Positions 1 to 9,393 of a DNA stretch of 53,097 nt are shown piece by piece. How positions within the stretch are numbered: position 1 is the stretch's first letter; every line of letters begins with the position of its first letter. The notes beneath the pieces were generated by a model, which was given only the letters and a program-made list of their open reading frames with translations, was not told where the DNA came from and searched no databases. Made by a program: the position numbers and the translations under genes. This DNA is from an uncultured Rhodomicrobium sp. (GTDB lineage Bacteria; Pseudomonadota; Alphaproteobacteria; Rhizobiales; Rhodomicrobiaceae), in NCBI GenBank assembly GCA_964498645.1, contig CAZCIF010000003.1:1-53097 (forward strand). The letters are read 5' to 3'.

Positions 1-9
1 AAGGCTCGG

Positions 10-38
10 ATATAAGGCAGGTTCGCTTCTCTTTGCAA
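10..38 (-). promoter_or_regulatory. Putative sigma70 promoter firing out of the left edge of the window
   Basis: Minus strand reads CTTGCAA-N17-TTATAT followed by a GC-rich discriminator; the target gene is outside the window. Confidence 0.45.
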
Positions 39-65
39 GAGCCACTTGCCCTGCCTGACGCAAGC

Positions 66-1901
66 TCACCTCGCGGCCGGAGCCGCCGCCACATCTTCGA
101 TGTGAAACTCGACGCGGTTGCGGCCGCCCCACTCGTCGCGCTCGATGCGCCCGGCCACATGGCAGGCGAGATCGCGCGCCTTATCCAGCGCCGCGCCGAG
201 TTCCGACCCTGCCGCGCGGAACGCAACCGCGCTGACTTGGGCACCATCCACCGCTTGCAGGGCGCAGCGCAGATGCCCGCCCGCGATTTCTTTCATCATG
301 GTGAGGCGCACGGACGGCAGGCAAAAGCGCGGCGGAGGATTTCCCTGGCCGAAAGGCCCGGCGCTTTCGAGCTGCTCCGCAAATTCCAGCGTGGCGGCTC
401 TCGGCGTCATCGCGCCATCGACGGCAAGGGTCGGCGCGGCAGAAGCCGCCCGGTAGGAGGAGCCAAGCGCCTCGCGCAAATAGGCCGCAAGCTCCGGCAG
501 CCGCTCTTGCGCCACCGTAACGCCGGCGGCCATGGCGTGCCCGCCGCCTTTCTTGGCGAGGCCGGCTTCGACCGCGCCGCGCACGGCGGCGCCGATATCG
601 ACGCCCGCCACCGAACGCGCGGAGCCTGTGGCCTCCCCCGCCCTTTCATCATGGGAGAAGATCAGGCAAGGCCGCTGGAACCGCTCGGTCAGCCGGCTTG
701 CGGCCAGGCCCACAAGGCCTTTATGCCAGGCGGGTGAGCCTGCGATGATGATAGGGCAGCCCGGGTCTTCCATAAGCGTGCGGTCCGCCCAGGCGCCGGC
801 CTCCTCCACCGTCTTCAGCTCGATCTCGCGGCGCTCCCGGTTCAGCGCGTCGAGCGTTTGCGCGATGCGTGCGGCCTCAGCGGCGTCCTTAGTGGCGAGA
901 AGCCGCGCGCCAAGCCCCGCATCGCCAATGCGCCCGCCAGCGTTGATGCGCGGCCCAAGGATGAAACCGAGCGTGTGGGGCGAGGGAGGCTTATTCACGC
1001 CGGCCGCATCGCAAAGAGCCTTGAGGCCTGGATTTTGGCGGGCGCGAAGCACCTTCAGACCCTGCACGACGAAAGCGCGGTTGATCCCCTTCAGCGGGAC
1101 TACGTCGCAGACCGTCGCCAGCGCCACCATATCGAGCCAACCCAACAGGTCCGGCGCTTTGGCCTTGGCGTAGAACCCTTTCGCCCTCAAACGGCGCTGC
1201 AGCGCGACGCAAAGCAGGAACACGACGCCGGCGGCGCAAAGATGCCCCTGCCCGCTCAGGCAATCCTGCCGGTTGGGGTTCACAACAGCCTCCGCTGGCG
1301 GAAGCTCTGCGCCCATCTGGTGATGATCGATCACGGCGACGCTGACGCCCTTGCGCGCCGCGACCTCAAGCGCCTCGAAGCTCGCCGATCCGCAATCCAC
1401 TGTCACGATCAGGCTGGCGCCATCTTCAATGAGGGACGCGATCGCCGCCGCGTTCGGGCCATAGCCTTCGGCGATGCGGTCAGGGATATAGATGCGGGGC
1501 GAAAGCCCATGCCATGCGAGAAAGCGGTAGAGCAAAGCGGAGGACGATGCGCCGTCCACGTCGTAATCGCCGAAAATCGCCACCTGCTCGCCCGCGACGA
1601 TGGCGCGCGCGATGCGCTCCGCCGCCTTGTCCATATCGGTGAGCGTGGCGGGGTCGGGGCAGAGCGCGCGGATGGTGGGGTTCAGCACATCGGGAACCTC
1701 CTCCAGCGCAATCTCCCGCGCAGCAAGGATGCGCCCGATGATCTCCGGCAAATCGTGACGCTGGGCGATGGCCGCGGCGAGATGCGCCCGCGCGGGCGGC
1801 AGCCGCTCGACCCATTTCAGGCCGCGGGCGGACCGCTCTACTCCAAGGAAGGCAGCTTCGGCGCGCGGCGCCTGTTGCAGCGGCAAGGACAGGGAACGCA
1901 A
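66..1901 (-). CDS. recJ: Single-stranded-DNA-specific exonuclease RecJ
   Basis: DHH-family motifs GDYDVDG, VTVDCG, IDHH, PRINAGGR, GSARS, GGGHAMAAG; exact start uncertain (TTG). Confidence 0.96.
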   Translation of the reverse strand: MRSLSLPLQQAPRAEAAFLGVERSARGLKWVERLPPARAHLAAAIAQRHDLPEIIGRILAAREIALEEVPDVLNPTIRALCPDPATLTDMDKAAERIARAIVAGEQVAIFGDYDVDGASSSALLYRFLAWHGLSPRIYIPDRIAEGYGPNAAAIASLIEDGASLIVTVDCGSASFEALEVAARKGVSVAVIDHHQMGAELPPAEAVVNPNRQDCLSGQGHLCAAGVVFLLCVALQRRLRAKGFYAKAKAPDLLGWLDMVALATVCDVVPLKGINRAFVVQGLKVLRARQNPGLKALCDAAGVNKPPSPHTLGFILGPRINAGGRIGDAGLGARLLATKDAAEAARIAQTLDALNRERREIELKTVEEAGAWADRTLMEDPGCPIIIAGSPAWHKGLVGLAASRLTERFQRPCLIFSHDERAGEATGSARSVAGVDIGAAVRGAVEAGLAKKGGGHAMAAGVTVAQERLPELAAYLREALGSSYRAASAAPTLAVDGAMTPRAATLEFAEQLESAGPFGQGNPPPRFCLPSVRLTMMKEIAGGHLRCALQAVDGAQVSAVAFRAAGSELGAALDKARDLACHVAGRIERDEWGGRNRVEFHIEDVAAAPAAR

Positions 1902-2085
1902 ATTTCCAGCTCCAAAACGATGTGGAGCGGGAAGCTATCCGATTCGGCGCGCGCAGGTCTTCGGGTGTGGAAAAGCGGGGTGGCTGATCGCTTCGCTATG
2001 CGAATCCAGGGCCGGGATTTGTGGTCCCGGTTTGCCGAATCAGTATCAGTGGAGGCACGGCACCCTAAGAAATCATGAGGGAAAG

Positions 2086-3009
2086 ATGACAGATGGCAAG
2101 CAACTGGAAGAATTGGTGGCATTTGTTGAGAGGATCCTTCTTCCCCAAGGCTTCGAGGTGACAACAAACGGGCGAGTCTTCAACGACGATGGCGTGCAGA
2201 TTGCCGAATTCGATGTCGAAATTCGCGGAAAGATGGGTTCAACGGCCATTGCTTGGTTGATAGAATGTCGCGACCGGCCAGGCACCGGGCCGGCGCCAGG
2301 GGCGTGGATAGAGCAGTTGGTAGGACGGCGCGATCGGTTCGGCTTTAACAAGGTCACCGCCGTTTCGACAACGGGTTTCGCGGCCGGAGCCTTGGAATAT
2401 GCGAAGCGCGCGGGCATCGAGCTCCGTGAGGTGAAGGCCGTAACGCCGGAAGAGTTTCGCTGGATCGTCGGTAGCGCGAAGATGTTTTTCATCAGGCGGG
2501 TAGCCGAGCTTTTTTCAGCCCAGTTGCATATCCATGAAAGTGAAGGAGAGGATCGACGTGATGCTCTTAGCCGCACGGTCAACGAGATGGCAAACGGAAC
2601 TCCATTTCTGAAGTCGATAACGACCGGCGTAGCGGTTTCTGCCCCAGATGCGTTTTTGGGAGCGGTCCAAAAAGTGGGAAACCTATTCGATGGCTTGGAG
2701 GAAAACGGACCGGGCCGAAAGGTGCATCTCCATGCGAATTACCCGGACGACGATCACTTTGTAGTCGATACGCATTTGGGTCCGATCCGAATTCGCGCGA
2801 TTGATTTCCGGGGAGAACTTCGGATCGAAGGCAGTGACGTACCTCTAATCACGACCAAGCGCTACGAGCATGCCAGCGGCGAGGGTGTGATATCGGAGGT
2901 CGCCGCGTTCCCGCCTCTAGACATGCCTAGCGGGCGCTTCTCCCTGGAGTTCCACCGAATGGGAGAGGACGGAGAGACTCACGTGCTTTTACGACGCGTC
3001 GCAACTTAA
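2086..3009 (+). CDS. Mrr-like PD-(D/E)XK restriction endonuclease domain protein with uncharacterised C-terminal domain (307 aa)
   Basis: Likely start is ATG 2086 after GAGGG; N-terminus has QLEELV...EFDV...LIECRD...VTAVSTTGF...A.EYAK..GIEL, the Mrr_cat pattern; the upstream ORF extension overlaps recJ. Confidence 0.72.
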   Translation: MTDGKQLEELVAFVERILLPQGFEVTTNGRVFNDDGVQIAEFDVEIRGKMGSTAIAWLIECRDRPGTGPAPGAWIEQLVGRRDRFGFNKVTAVSTTGFAAGALEYAKRAGIELREVKAVTPEEFRWIVGSAKMFFIRRVAELFSAQLHIHESEGEDRRDALSRTVNEMANGTPFLKSITTGVAVSAPDAFLGAVQKVGNLFDGLEENGPGRKVHLHANYPDDDHFVVDTHLGPIRIRAIDFRGELRIEGSDVPLITTKRYEHASGEGVISEVAAFPPLDMPSGRFSLEFHRMGEDGETHVLLRRVAT

Positions 3010-3062
3010 GGCTAGCGTTTCCCCGATGAGACGCACAGCCAATCGCCGCTTGCCAGACTCAA

Positions 3063-3407
3063 TCACACCTTCTTGACGAACTCCGATTTCAGGCTCATGG
3101 CCCCGATGCCATCGATTTTGCAGTCGATGTCGTGGTCGCTATCGACGAGGCGGATGTTCTTGACCCTGGTCCCCATTTTGACGACCTTCGAGGAGCCCTT
3201 CAATTTCAGGTCCTTGATGACTGTGACTGTATCGCCATCCTGCAGAATATTGTTGGCAGAGTCACGGTAGATCCTTACGCCTTCGTGAGCAGCCGCAGCA
3301 GGGGCATTCGCATTCCACTCATGGGCACATTCCGGGCAAATGCAAAGGCCGCTGTCCTCGTAAGTGAATTCGCAGCTGCATTTGGGGCATGGTGGCAATG
3401 CGCTCAT
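3063..3407 (-). CDS. yjdM: Zinc-ribbon protein YjdM/PhnA family
   Basis: CPKC...CPECAHEW zinc ribbon; [17 protein letters not shown]...KSEFVKK C-terminus. Confidence 0.92.
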   Translation of the reverse strand: MSALPPCPKCSCEFTYEDSGLCICPECAHEWNANAPAAAAHEGVRIYRDSANNILQDGDTVTVIKDLKLKGSSKVVKMGTRVKNIRLVDSDHDIDCKIDGIGAMSLKSEFVKKV

Positions 3408-3519
3408 GAAATAGTCCTGTGATATGTGTTGGATTTGCTTTGCTGCCTGTAAGGCTATTCATGAGCTAAAGCATGCCTTGCTAAAAGGCAAGCGGAGCAC
3501 CAAGCCGCCATCAGCGGGA

Positions 3520-5808
3520 TCAGGCAAGCTGGGCATATTCGTAGATATCCTCCTCTTGAGCGATATGCAGCCGGACCAAGGCCTCGATAGATTCGATGAT
3601 CCGCTGGGCATCCCGGATGAGATAGCGGTCGGTGTCCTCTTCGGAGAGGCCCGTTGAAAGGCGCATGAGGAGCCGGGCCAGATGCTGAATTTCGCGATGC
3701 GCCCGGCTCATGGCCGCAAGTCCCGACAGATCCGGTAGATGTGCGGAGAGGCTGGGAAAAAGGTTGATCTCGTCCTCATATTCGTGCGCGGCGACTTTTT
3801 GCTGCACAATGGCATTGGCTTCTTGAATGAGGACGAGCGCCTTCGCTCCGGTGGCGTCGTCGAGTGCGTCGGCGATTTCCCGAAGCCGGTCGAGGGCTTG
3901 CTCAAGCGCCCGGTGGTCCCGGCTCAGCGCATCGGGCAGGATCGCCGGCTTGACCCGCAGCACCGCCCGATCCCCCGGAAAAAGGGCACGCAGGGCGTTG
4001 AGGATGACAAGCACATCGATCGCTTCCTGAGTGAGCGCCGCGGCAACGGGCGTCAGCCAGCCAAGCGCCGCAGCGCCCATGGCAACGCCGGATAGCCCCA
4101 TGCCGGCGATAATGCTTTGGCGGGCAATGCCGTGGGTCCGGCGCGCAATCTTTACGGCTTCGGCGACCCGGTCGAGACGGTCCACCAGGATGACGGCGTC
4201 CGCCGCTTCGGAGGATACGGTTGCACCCCGCGCGCCCATGGCAATGCCAACATCGGCGGCGGCAAGAGCGGGCGCGTCGTTGATACCGTCGCCAACCATC
4301 ACCGTGGGATGAAGTTTCCGCTCCGTGGCTACAGCCTCGACCTTGTCCGATGGCGAGCGATCGGCAAGAACGGTGTCGAGATCGAGAGCGGCGGCGATGG
4401 TCTCGGCGGCGTCTGCCCGGTCGCCGGTCACCATCACCATCCGGGTGACGCCTGCCGCCCGCAGCGCCTGGACGGCACGTGGCGTTTCCTTGCGAAGCTC
4501 ATCGGCGAGCAGCAGGGCACCGATTGCCTCGCCGTCTTTAGTAACAAAAACGCAAAGCGCCGAGCGCCAAGAGGCGCGTCTAAGTGCCCGTACCGCCCAC
4601 TCCGGCGGCTTGTGGCTGCCAAAAACCAAAGACGCCGAGCCCGCGCAGACACGATGTCCCCCGATTACACCCTCGATCCCCGATCCGAGCGTCTCGTGCA
4701 CGGACTGCGGGACTTCGAGGTTCAAGCCTCGCACCCGTGCCGCGGCCACGATCGCCGCGGCGGCGACATGATGGGAGGCCTGCTCAAGGCATGCCGCCAG
4801 CCTCAGCACCTCGTCCGGGCGTTCGCCCGGTGCGGCTTCCACGGCGGCAAGCCGGGCGCCGCCGGCAGTCAGAGTGCCCGTCTTGTCGAAAAGGACCGTA
4901 TGGACACGCGCCAGCGCTTCGAGCGGTCCGCCGCCCTTGATGAGAATGCCGTTGCGCGCGGCCCGCGAGACGCCGGCGATGAACGCCACAGGCGCTGCAA
5001 GAATAAGCGGGCACGGCGTTGATGCCACGAGCACGGCCAGCCCCCTCACCGGATCTCCCGACGCGAGCCATGCAAGCCCGGCAAGCAGGAGCGTGACGGG
5101 GAGGAGAAGGAGGGCATATTTGTCGGCCATACGGATGAAAGGAGCCTTCGCGGTCTGAGCCGCCGTCACCATCCGGACTATGCCTGCATAGGTGCTCCCG
5201 CCCGCGGTAGCGCTCGCCTGGAATTCGAAGGCTTCGCCAGCATTCACAACGCCGCTCAGCACCCCCTCGCCAGCGGAGCGCGAGACTGGCATCGGCTCCC
5301 CGGTCACGGCCGATTCGTCAAGGACGGCGTTTGGAGAGAGGACGATTCCATCGGCGGGAACGATTTCACCCGCGCGCACGAGAATAATATCTCCTGCCCT
5401 TACCTCTTCGGCCGGAATATCTTCAACCCAATGATCGCCGCGCCGGTGCGCGACACGCGGCGCCCTGTCAACGAGCGACTTGAGGTCGCGCTCGGCGCGG
5501 GCGACAGCCAAATCTTCAAGAACGTTGCCGCCGGCATACATGACCGCGACGACGATTGCCGCGAGCTCGGCCCCAAGCGCCAGCGCGGCGGTCATCGAGA
5601 TAAAGGCGACGGCATCGAGGCCCATCCGGCCCGCCGCGAGATCGCGGACTATGGAAAGGCCAAGCACCAAGATTACCGGCACCGTGCCCATGGTCCAGGC
5701 CACCCTCGCAGCCGCAGCCTGCCCCATGGCCGAGGCCGCCAGTCCTGCGCCGAGCGCTGTTAAGGCGAGCGCGATCAAAGCCCGGCGCAAGAGGCGTTCA
5801 CTTGTCAT
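3520..5808 (-). CDS. Heavy-metal P1B-5-type ATPase with C-terminal hemerythrin domain
   Basis: TGE, TPCP, DKTGT, GDGINDAPALA and QEAID motifs; C-terminal DH...HEYEDE...H...HIAQEE hemerythrin ligands; start overlaps kinase stop (ATGA). Confidence 0.9.
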   Translation of the reverse strand: MTSERLLRRALIALALTALGAGLAASAMGQAAAARVAWTMGTVPVILVLGLSIVRDLAAGRMGLDAVAFISMTAALALGAELAAIVVAVMYAGGNVLEDLAVARAERDLKSLVDRAPRVAHRRGDHWVEDIPAEEVRAGDIILVRAGEIVPADGIVLSPNAVLDESAVTGEPMPVSRSAGEGVLSGVVNAGEAFEFQASATAGGSTYAGIVRMVTAAQTAKAPFIRMADKYALLLLPVTLLLAGLAWLASGDPVRGLAVLVASTPCPLILAAPVAFIAGVSRAARNGILIKGGGPLEALARVHTVLFDKTGTLTAGGARLAAVEAAPGERPDEVLRLAACLEQASHHVAAAAIVAAARVRGLNLEVPQSVHETLGSGIEGVIGGHRVCAGSASLVFGSHKPPEWAVRALRRASWRSALCVFVTKDGEAIGALLLADELRKETPRAVQALRAAGVTRMVMVTGDRADAAETIAAALDLDTVLADRSPSDKVEAVATERKLHPTVMVGDGINDAPALAAADVGIAMGARGATVSSEAADAVILVDRLDRVAEAVKIARRTHGIARQSIIAGMGLSGVAMGAAALGWLTPVAAALTQEAIDVLVILNALRALFPGDRAVLRVKPAILPDALSRDHRALEQALDRLREIADALDDATGAKALVLIQEANAIVQQKVAAHEYEDEINLFPSLSAHLPDLSGLAAMSRAHREIQHLARLLMRLSTGLSEEDTDRYLIRDAQRIIESIEALVRLHIAQEEDIYEYAQLA

Positions 5809-7223
5809 TCAGCGGCCTTATCAACGGAGCCGGTCCTATTAACGGATGAAGAAACCGGCCGGGCGGCGCTTTGCGAAGGGAAGAAGACGGCGGCTCTGAA
5901 TCCGCGAGGTTCGATATTGCCAAGGGTCAAAGACCCTCCATACGCCTTGGCGATGTCGTGCGCGATAGCAAGGCCGAAACCTGTGCCCGGAACCTGCTGG
6001 TCCAGCCGGAGACCCCGTTCCCCCAGCCGGTGAACCAGCGATGCCGGTGCCCCCGGCCCGTCATCCTCGATCACTATGGCAACCCCATCCTTGACTTCGG
6101 CGGAAACTGTGACGGAGGCGTTCGCCCATTTGCATGCATTGCCGAGCAAATTCCCAAGGAGTTCCGCAAGGTCGTCCTCCTTTATGGGCGCTGCGATGTC
6201 TTGGCCTATGCGAACGCGCCACTCCAAATCCTCCCCTTCCGGCGTGCGGCCAAGGGCGCGGACGAGCTTCGTAACGACCGGTTCAACGCGTGTCCGGTGA
6301 AAATGGAGGGTACCGGCGCTTTGGAGCCGGACGCGCGACAGCTCGCGGTCGATATGCCGGCGCATGATGTTCGCAAGCTCCTCGATTTCGGCGGCAACTT
6401 CGGCCGATCCGCTGCCGCGCAGCTTGGCGGCATCGGCGATAAGCACGGTCAGCGGCGTTTTCAGGCCGTGGGCCAAGTCCGCCGCCCTTGCCTTGGCGTT
6501 TTCCATCGCCTGAGCTTGCGCCTCCAGCAGCGAGTTGACCGCCGAGACGAGCGGCATCACCTCCTGCGGTTCAGCGACGCCGATGCGCGTCTTATGGCCC
6601 GACCGTACCGCGAGAACACTTTCCTGCAAAGCTTTCAATGGTTTCAACCCGAAGGCGATCTGCATCCATGCCCCCGCGAGGAGCGCAACGCCGAGAAGAG
6701 CAAGGGCTATTACGACATCCGAGCCGAATTCGGCGCGCGCGGCGTTGATCTCGCGCTCATCCAGCGCGACCGCAATCCTTAGCGGGCGCGATCCCTGCGG
6801 CGTTGAATAGACGATGCGCCGCTCCCTCGTGAGAAGCGTGGAATGAGACGGCCCTGCAAGCTCGTGCCGGTGCACGCCGCCGGTATCGAGCACGTCTGAC
6901 GGAAGCTTCAGCACAAAGTCCCAGAGCGAGCGCGACCGGAGCGTCTGTCCTTTCGCATCATCTTGAATCTGCCAATAGAGGCCGCTCAAAGGGTCTCCAA
7001 AGCGTGGATCGGGAAGGGTGCGGCTGAAGGCAACGCCGCCCTGCGCATCGAATGTGATGCCAGCGGAGATCTGGCGGATATAGGTATCGAGTTCGGCCTC
7101 TGCGCGCCGTTCAACGTGTCGTTCAAACAGCCGGATAATCCCTAAGCCCGCGATGAGAAGAGCCAGCGCGATGGTCACGCCGCCAAGCACGAGAAGCCGG
7201 AGTTTGAGAGACCGCGCCCTCAC
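5805..7223 (-). CDS. Membrane sensor histidine kinase (PhoQ/FeuQ-like)
   Basis: Two TM segments, H-box ADLAHGLKTPL, GNLLGNACKWA, EDDGPG, GTGFGLAI. Confidence 0.92.
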   Translation of the reverse strand: MRARSLKLRLLVLGGVTIALALLIAGLGIIRLFERHVERRAEAELDTYIRQISAGITFDAQGGVAFSRTLPDPRFGDPLSGLYWQIQDDAKGQTLRSRSLWDFVLKLPSDVLDTGGVHRHELAGPSHSTLLTRERRIVYSTPQGSRPLRIAVALDEREINAARAEFGSDVVIALALLGVALLAGAWMQIAFGLKPLKALQESVLAVRSGHKTRIGVAEPQEVMPLVSAVNSLLEAQAQAMENAKARAADLAHGLKTPLTVLIADAAKLRGSGSAEVAAEIEELANIMRRHIDRELSRVRLQSAGTLHFHRTRVEPVVTKLVRALGRTPEGEDLEWRVRIGQDIAAPIKEDDLAELLGNLLGNACKWANASVTVSAEVKDGVAIVIEDDGPGAPASLVHRLGERGLRLDQQVPGTGFGLAIAHDIAKAYGGSLTLGNIEPRGFRAAVFFPSQSAARPVSSSVNRTGSVDKAAE

Positions 7224-7885
7224 GGCTCTTGCTCTTCGATAATATAACCGAAGCCCCGGCGCGTCCCAATCACGCTGGCTCCAAGCTTACGCCTTATGCG
7301 GCCAACCAGCACTTCGATCGCATTCGCATCTTTGCCGGAGTCGTGATCGTAAAGATGCTCGATCAATTCTGTGTAAGGCACAACGCGGCCGGCATGATGC
7401 ATGAGATAGTTGAATAGGCGGTATTCCTGGGGCGTAAGCGCAATAGGGATGCCATTCGAGGAAACCCGCATTTGACGGGTATCGAGCGTGACCGGTCCGA
7501 ATGTTAGGACTGGAGAAGAGCGGCCCGACGCGCGCCGGATGACGGCCCTGAGCCGGGCTAAGAGTTCCTCCATCCGGAAAGGCTTCGGCAAATAATCATC
7601 GGCGCCGCAGTCGATCCCATCGACCCTTTCGCTCCAGCTTCCTCTCGCCGTCAGAATCAGCACCGGCATGGTGCGTCCGTTCGCGCGCCATCTTTTGAGA
7701 ATGGTGATACCATCGAGCAAGGGGAGGCCGAGATCGAGGATGACCGCGTCGTAGTCTTCGGTGTCCCCTTTGAACCATCCCTGCTCGCCATCGGTCTCGC
7801 GCTCGGCGGTGTAACCAGCCGCGTTCAACGCGGCCATGACATCCCTGGCTATCTTATCGTCGTCCTCGAGCAGCAGGATACGCAT
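7220..7885 (-). CDS. OmpR-family response regulator
   Basis: MRILLLEDD...ILDLGLP..DG...GADDYLPKPF plus winged-helix C-terminus; start ATG 7885 overlaps upstream stop (TGATG). Confidence 0.93.
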   Translation of the reverse strand: MRILLLEDDDKIARDVMAALNAAGYTAERETDGEQGWFKGDTEDYDAVILDLGLPLLDGITILKRWRANGRTMPVLILTARGSWSERVDGIDCGADDYLPKPFRMEELLARLRAVIRRASGRSSPVLTFGPVTLDTRQMRVSSNGIPIALTPQEYRLFNYLMHHAGRVVPYTELIEHLYDHDSGKDANAIEVLVGRIRRKLGASVIGTRRGFGYIIEEQEP

Positions 7886-8226
7886 CACTCTTCCGGCTTT
7901 CCGATCATCTCGCCAGTCTTTGCATTCATGCGGACCTCCACCATCCGCCCTACAGGGGAAATGACCTTGAACTCGTACACCCAAATCCCATGCTCATTTT
8001 CGAGTTCAACCCTGGAAATCTCGCCGGGAACCGCATCGTGCAACCGGGCAATGACTCGGTCTAAAGGCAGGATTTCACCTTTTTCGAGCGCATGGCGGGC
8101 CCGGTCTTCATCGCGTTCTTTCCGCTCGATTTCATGACTGCTTCCCCGCGCTTCCCGCCAGGAAAACCAGCCGGCGGAGAGAGCGAGCGAGAACACTGTC
8201 AGCAGCAGCATCGATCGATAGCGCAT
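7885..8226 (-). CDS. Periplasmic PepSY domain protein
   Basis: Signal peptide; ARHALEKGEILPL...VELE.EHG.WVYE.KV...NAKTGE PepSY pattern; start uncertain. Confidence 0.8.
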   Translation of the reverse strand: MRYRSMLLLTVFSLALSAGWFSWREARGSSHEIERKERDEDRARHALEKGEILPLDRVIARLHDAVPGEISRVELENEHGIWVYEFKVISPVGRMVEVRMNAKTGEMIGKPEE

Positions 8227-8249
8227 CGCAGTCTTATTCTCTTTGTTCC

Positions 8250-8302
8250 CTGTCAAATCGCTGACTGAGACGTTGGAGTAACAGACAGCCGGGGTTTGTT
8301 AC
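8250..8302. promoter_or_regulatory. Candidate regulator sites in the divergent promoter region
   Basis: CTGTC/CTGAC direct repeat with 11-bp period (8250, 8261) and inverted repeat GTAACAGAC-N7-GTTTGTTAC (8278-8302). Confidence 0.3.
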
Positions 8303-8354
8303 ATTCCGCTCCGCTAGGGGAACAGGTGCTTCCCTTCAAAAAGGAGACAAGATC

Positions 8355-8651
8355 ATGCGTAAAACACTTACCCTTCTCGCGTTTGCAACGGCGCTCGGAG
8401 TATCGGGCCACGCTCTTGCCAGCGGCGATGATGATGCCCGTGAAGCCGCCGCAAATGATAAGTGGCTTGCCACGTCCGTAATCAAGTCCAAGTTGGGTGA
8501 GCTTGGCTATTCAGTACGGAAGATCGAGGCTGAGGACGGGCGTTACGAGGTCAAAGCAACAGACAAGCAGGGCGCGAGGGTGAAACTTTATGTCAATCCC
8601 TTGACAGGCGAAATTGAAAAGCCGGCAGAAGCCGGGAAGGAACGCTCCTAA
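8355..8651 (+). CDS. Periplasmic PepSY_2 domain protein
   Basis: AAGGAG RBS, signal peptide ending ALA, LGYSVRKIE.EDGRYEVKA.DK.G.RV.LYVNP.TGE. Confidence 0.85.
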   Translation: MRKTLTLLAFATALGVSGHALASGDDDAREAAANDKWLATSVIKSKLGELGYSVRKIEAEDGRYEVKATDKQGARVKLYVNPLTGEIEKPAEAGKERS

Positions 8652-8653
8652 GC

Positions 8654-9250
8654 ATGACACAGGATATGATCCTGACCAAAACTGGCCGCGATACGCGGCC
8701 AGCCAAGGTCAAAGTCTGGGATTTGTTCGTCCGGACTTTCCATTGGAGCCTCGTTGGCCTTGTGGTATTCGCTTTTCTGACCGCAGAGGACTTGACCAAA
8801 GCCCACATCATCACCGGCTATGCGGTCCTCGCGCTGATTGGCTCTCGAATCCTGTGGGGCTTCGTAGGCACAAAACACGCGCGCTTCAGCGACTTCGTCT
8901 ACGGCCCAAAAGCAGTTGCCGCTTATCTCCGCGATCTTAAGCGCTTTAAGGCTCCGCGCATGCTTGGTCATAATCCGCTTGGAGGGATCATGGTCCTCGC
9001 CCTGCTCGTGGCGTTGACCGTAACGGGGATCACGGGATATCTGGCTATCCGCAATCCGGCGGAGGATGACTGGCTTGAAGAAATCCACGAAGCCGCCGCT
9101 AATGGTACGCTTCTGCTCATAGCGCTTCATGTCGCGGGCGTTGTCTTTTCGAGCCTTGCCGAAGGCGAAAATCTCATCCGCGCCATGATCACGGGCCGCA
9201 AGCGCGCACCGCAGGCCGGTGGCCTTCATCCTTCGACGGGCTCAGAATGA
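8654..9250 (+). CDS. Cytochrome b/b6 domain (Ni-hydrogenase CytB-like) membrane protein
   Basis: VWDLFVRTFHW, H..GY, GHNPLG, HE, LHVAGV, ENLIRAMITGRK. Confidence 0.88.
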   Translation: MTQDMILTKTGRDTRPAKVKVWDLFVRTFHWSLVGLVVFAFLTAEDLTKAHIITGYAVLALIGSRILWGFVGTKHARFSDFVYGPKAVAAYLRDLKRFKAPRMLGHNPLGGIMVLALLVALTVTGITGYLAIRNPAEDDWLEEIHEAAANGTLLLIALHVAGVVFSSLAEGENLIRAMITGRKRAPQAGGLHPSTGSE

Positions 9251-9258
9251 GGCGAGCG

Positions 9259-9360
9259 GCCCCTCATGGTGAGGCCGAAGGCCGTCTCGAACCATGAGGG
9301 GCAAAGCGTTTAGCCGCCTCACCCTTCGAGACGCCGCTGCGCGGCTCCTCAGGATGAGGC
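9259..9360. repeat. Inverted pair of REP-like palindromes (CCTCAT..GAGG...CGTCTCGAA family)
   Basis: Unit 1 GCCCCTCATGGT...ACCATGAGGGGC (9259-9302); unit 2 on the opposite strand GCCTCATCCTGAGGAGCCGCGCAGCGGCGTCTCGAAGGGTGAGGC (9316-9360). Confidence 0.8.
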
Positions 9361-9393
9361 CCGGCGCCCCGCCGCAATAACGCTGGAGCGAGA

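Noticed and set aside
1768-2085. N-terminal extension of the 413-aa ORF
   Set aside because: Overlaps recJ on the other strand; the RBS and domain start point to ATG 2086
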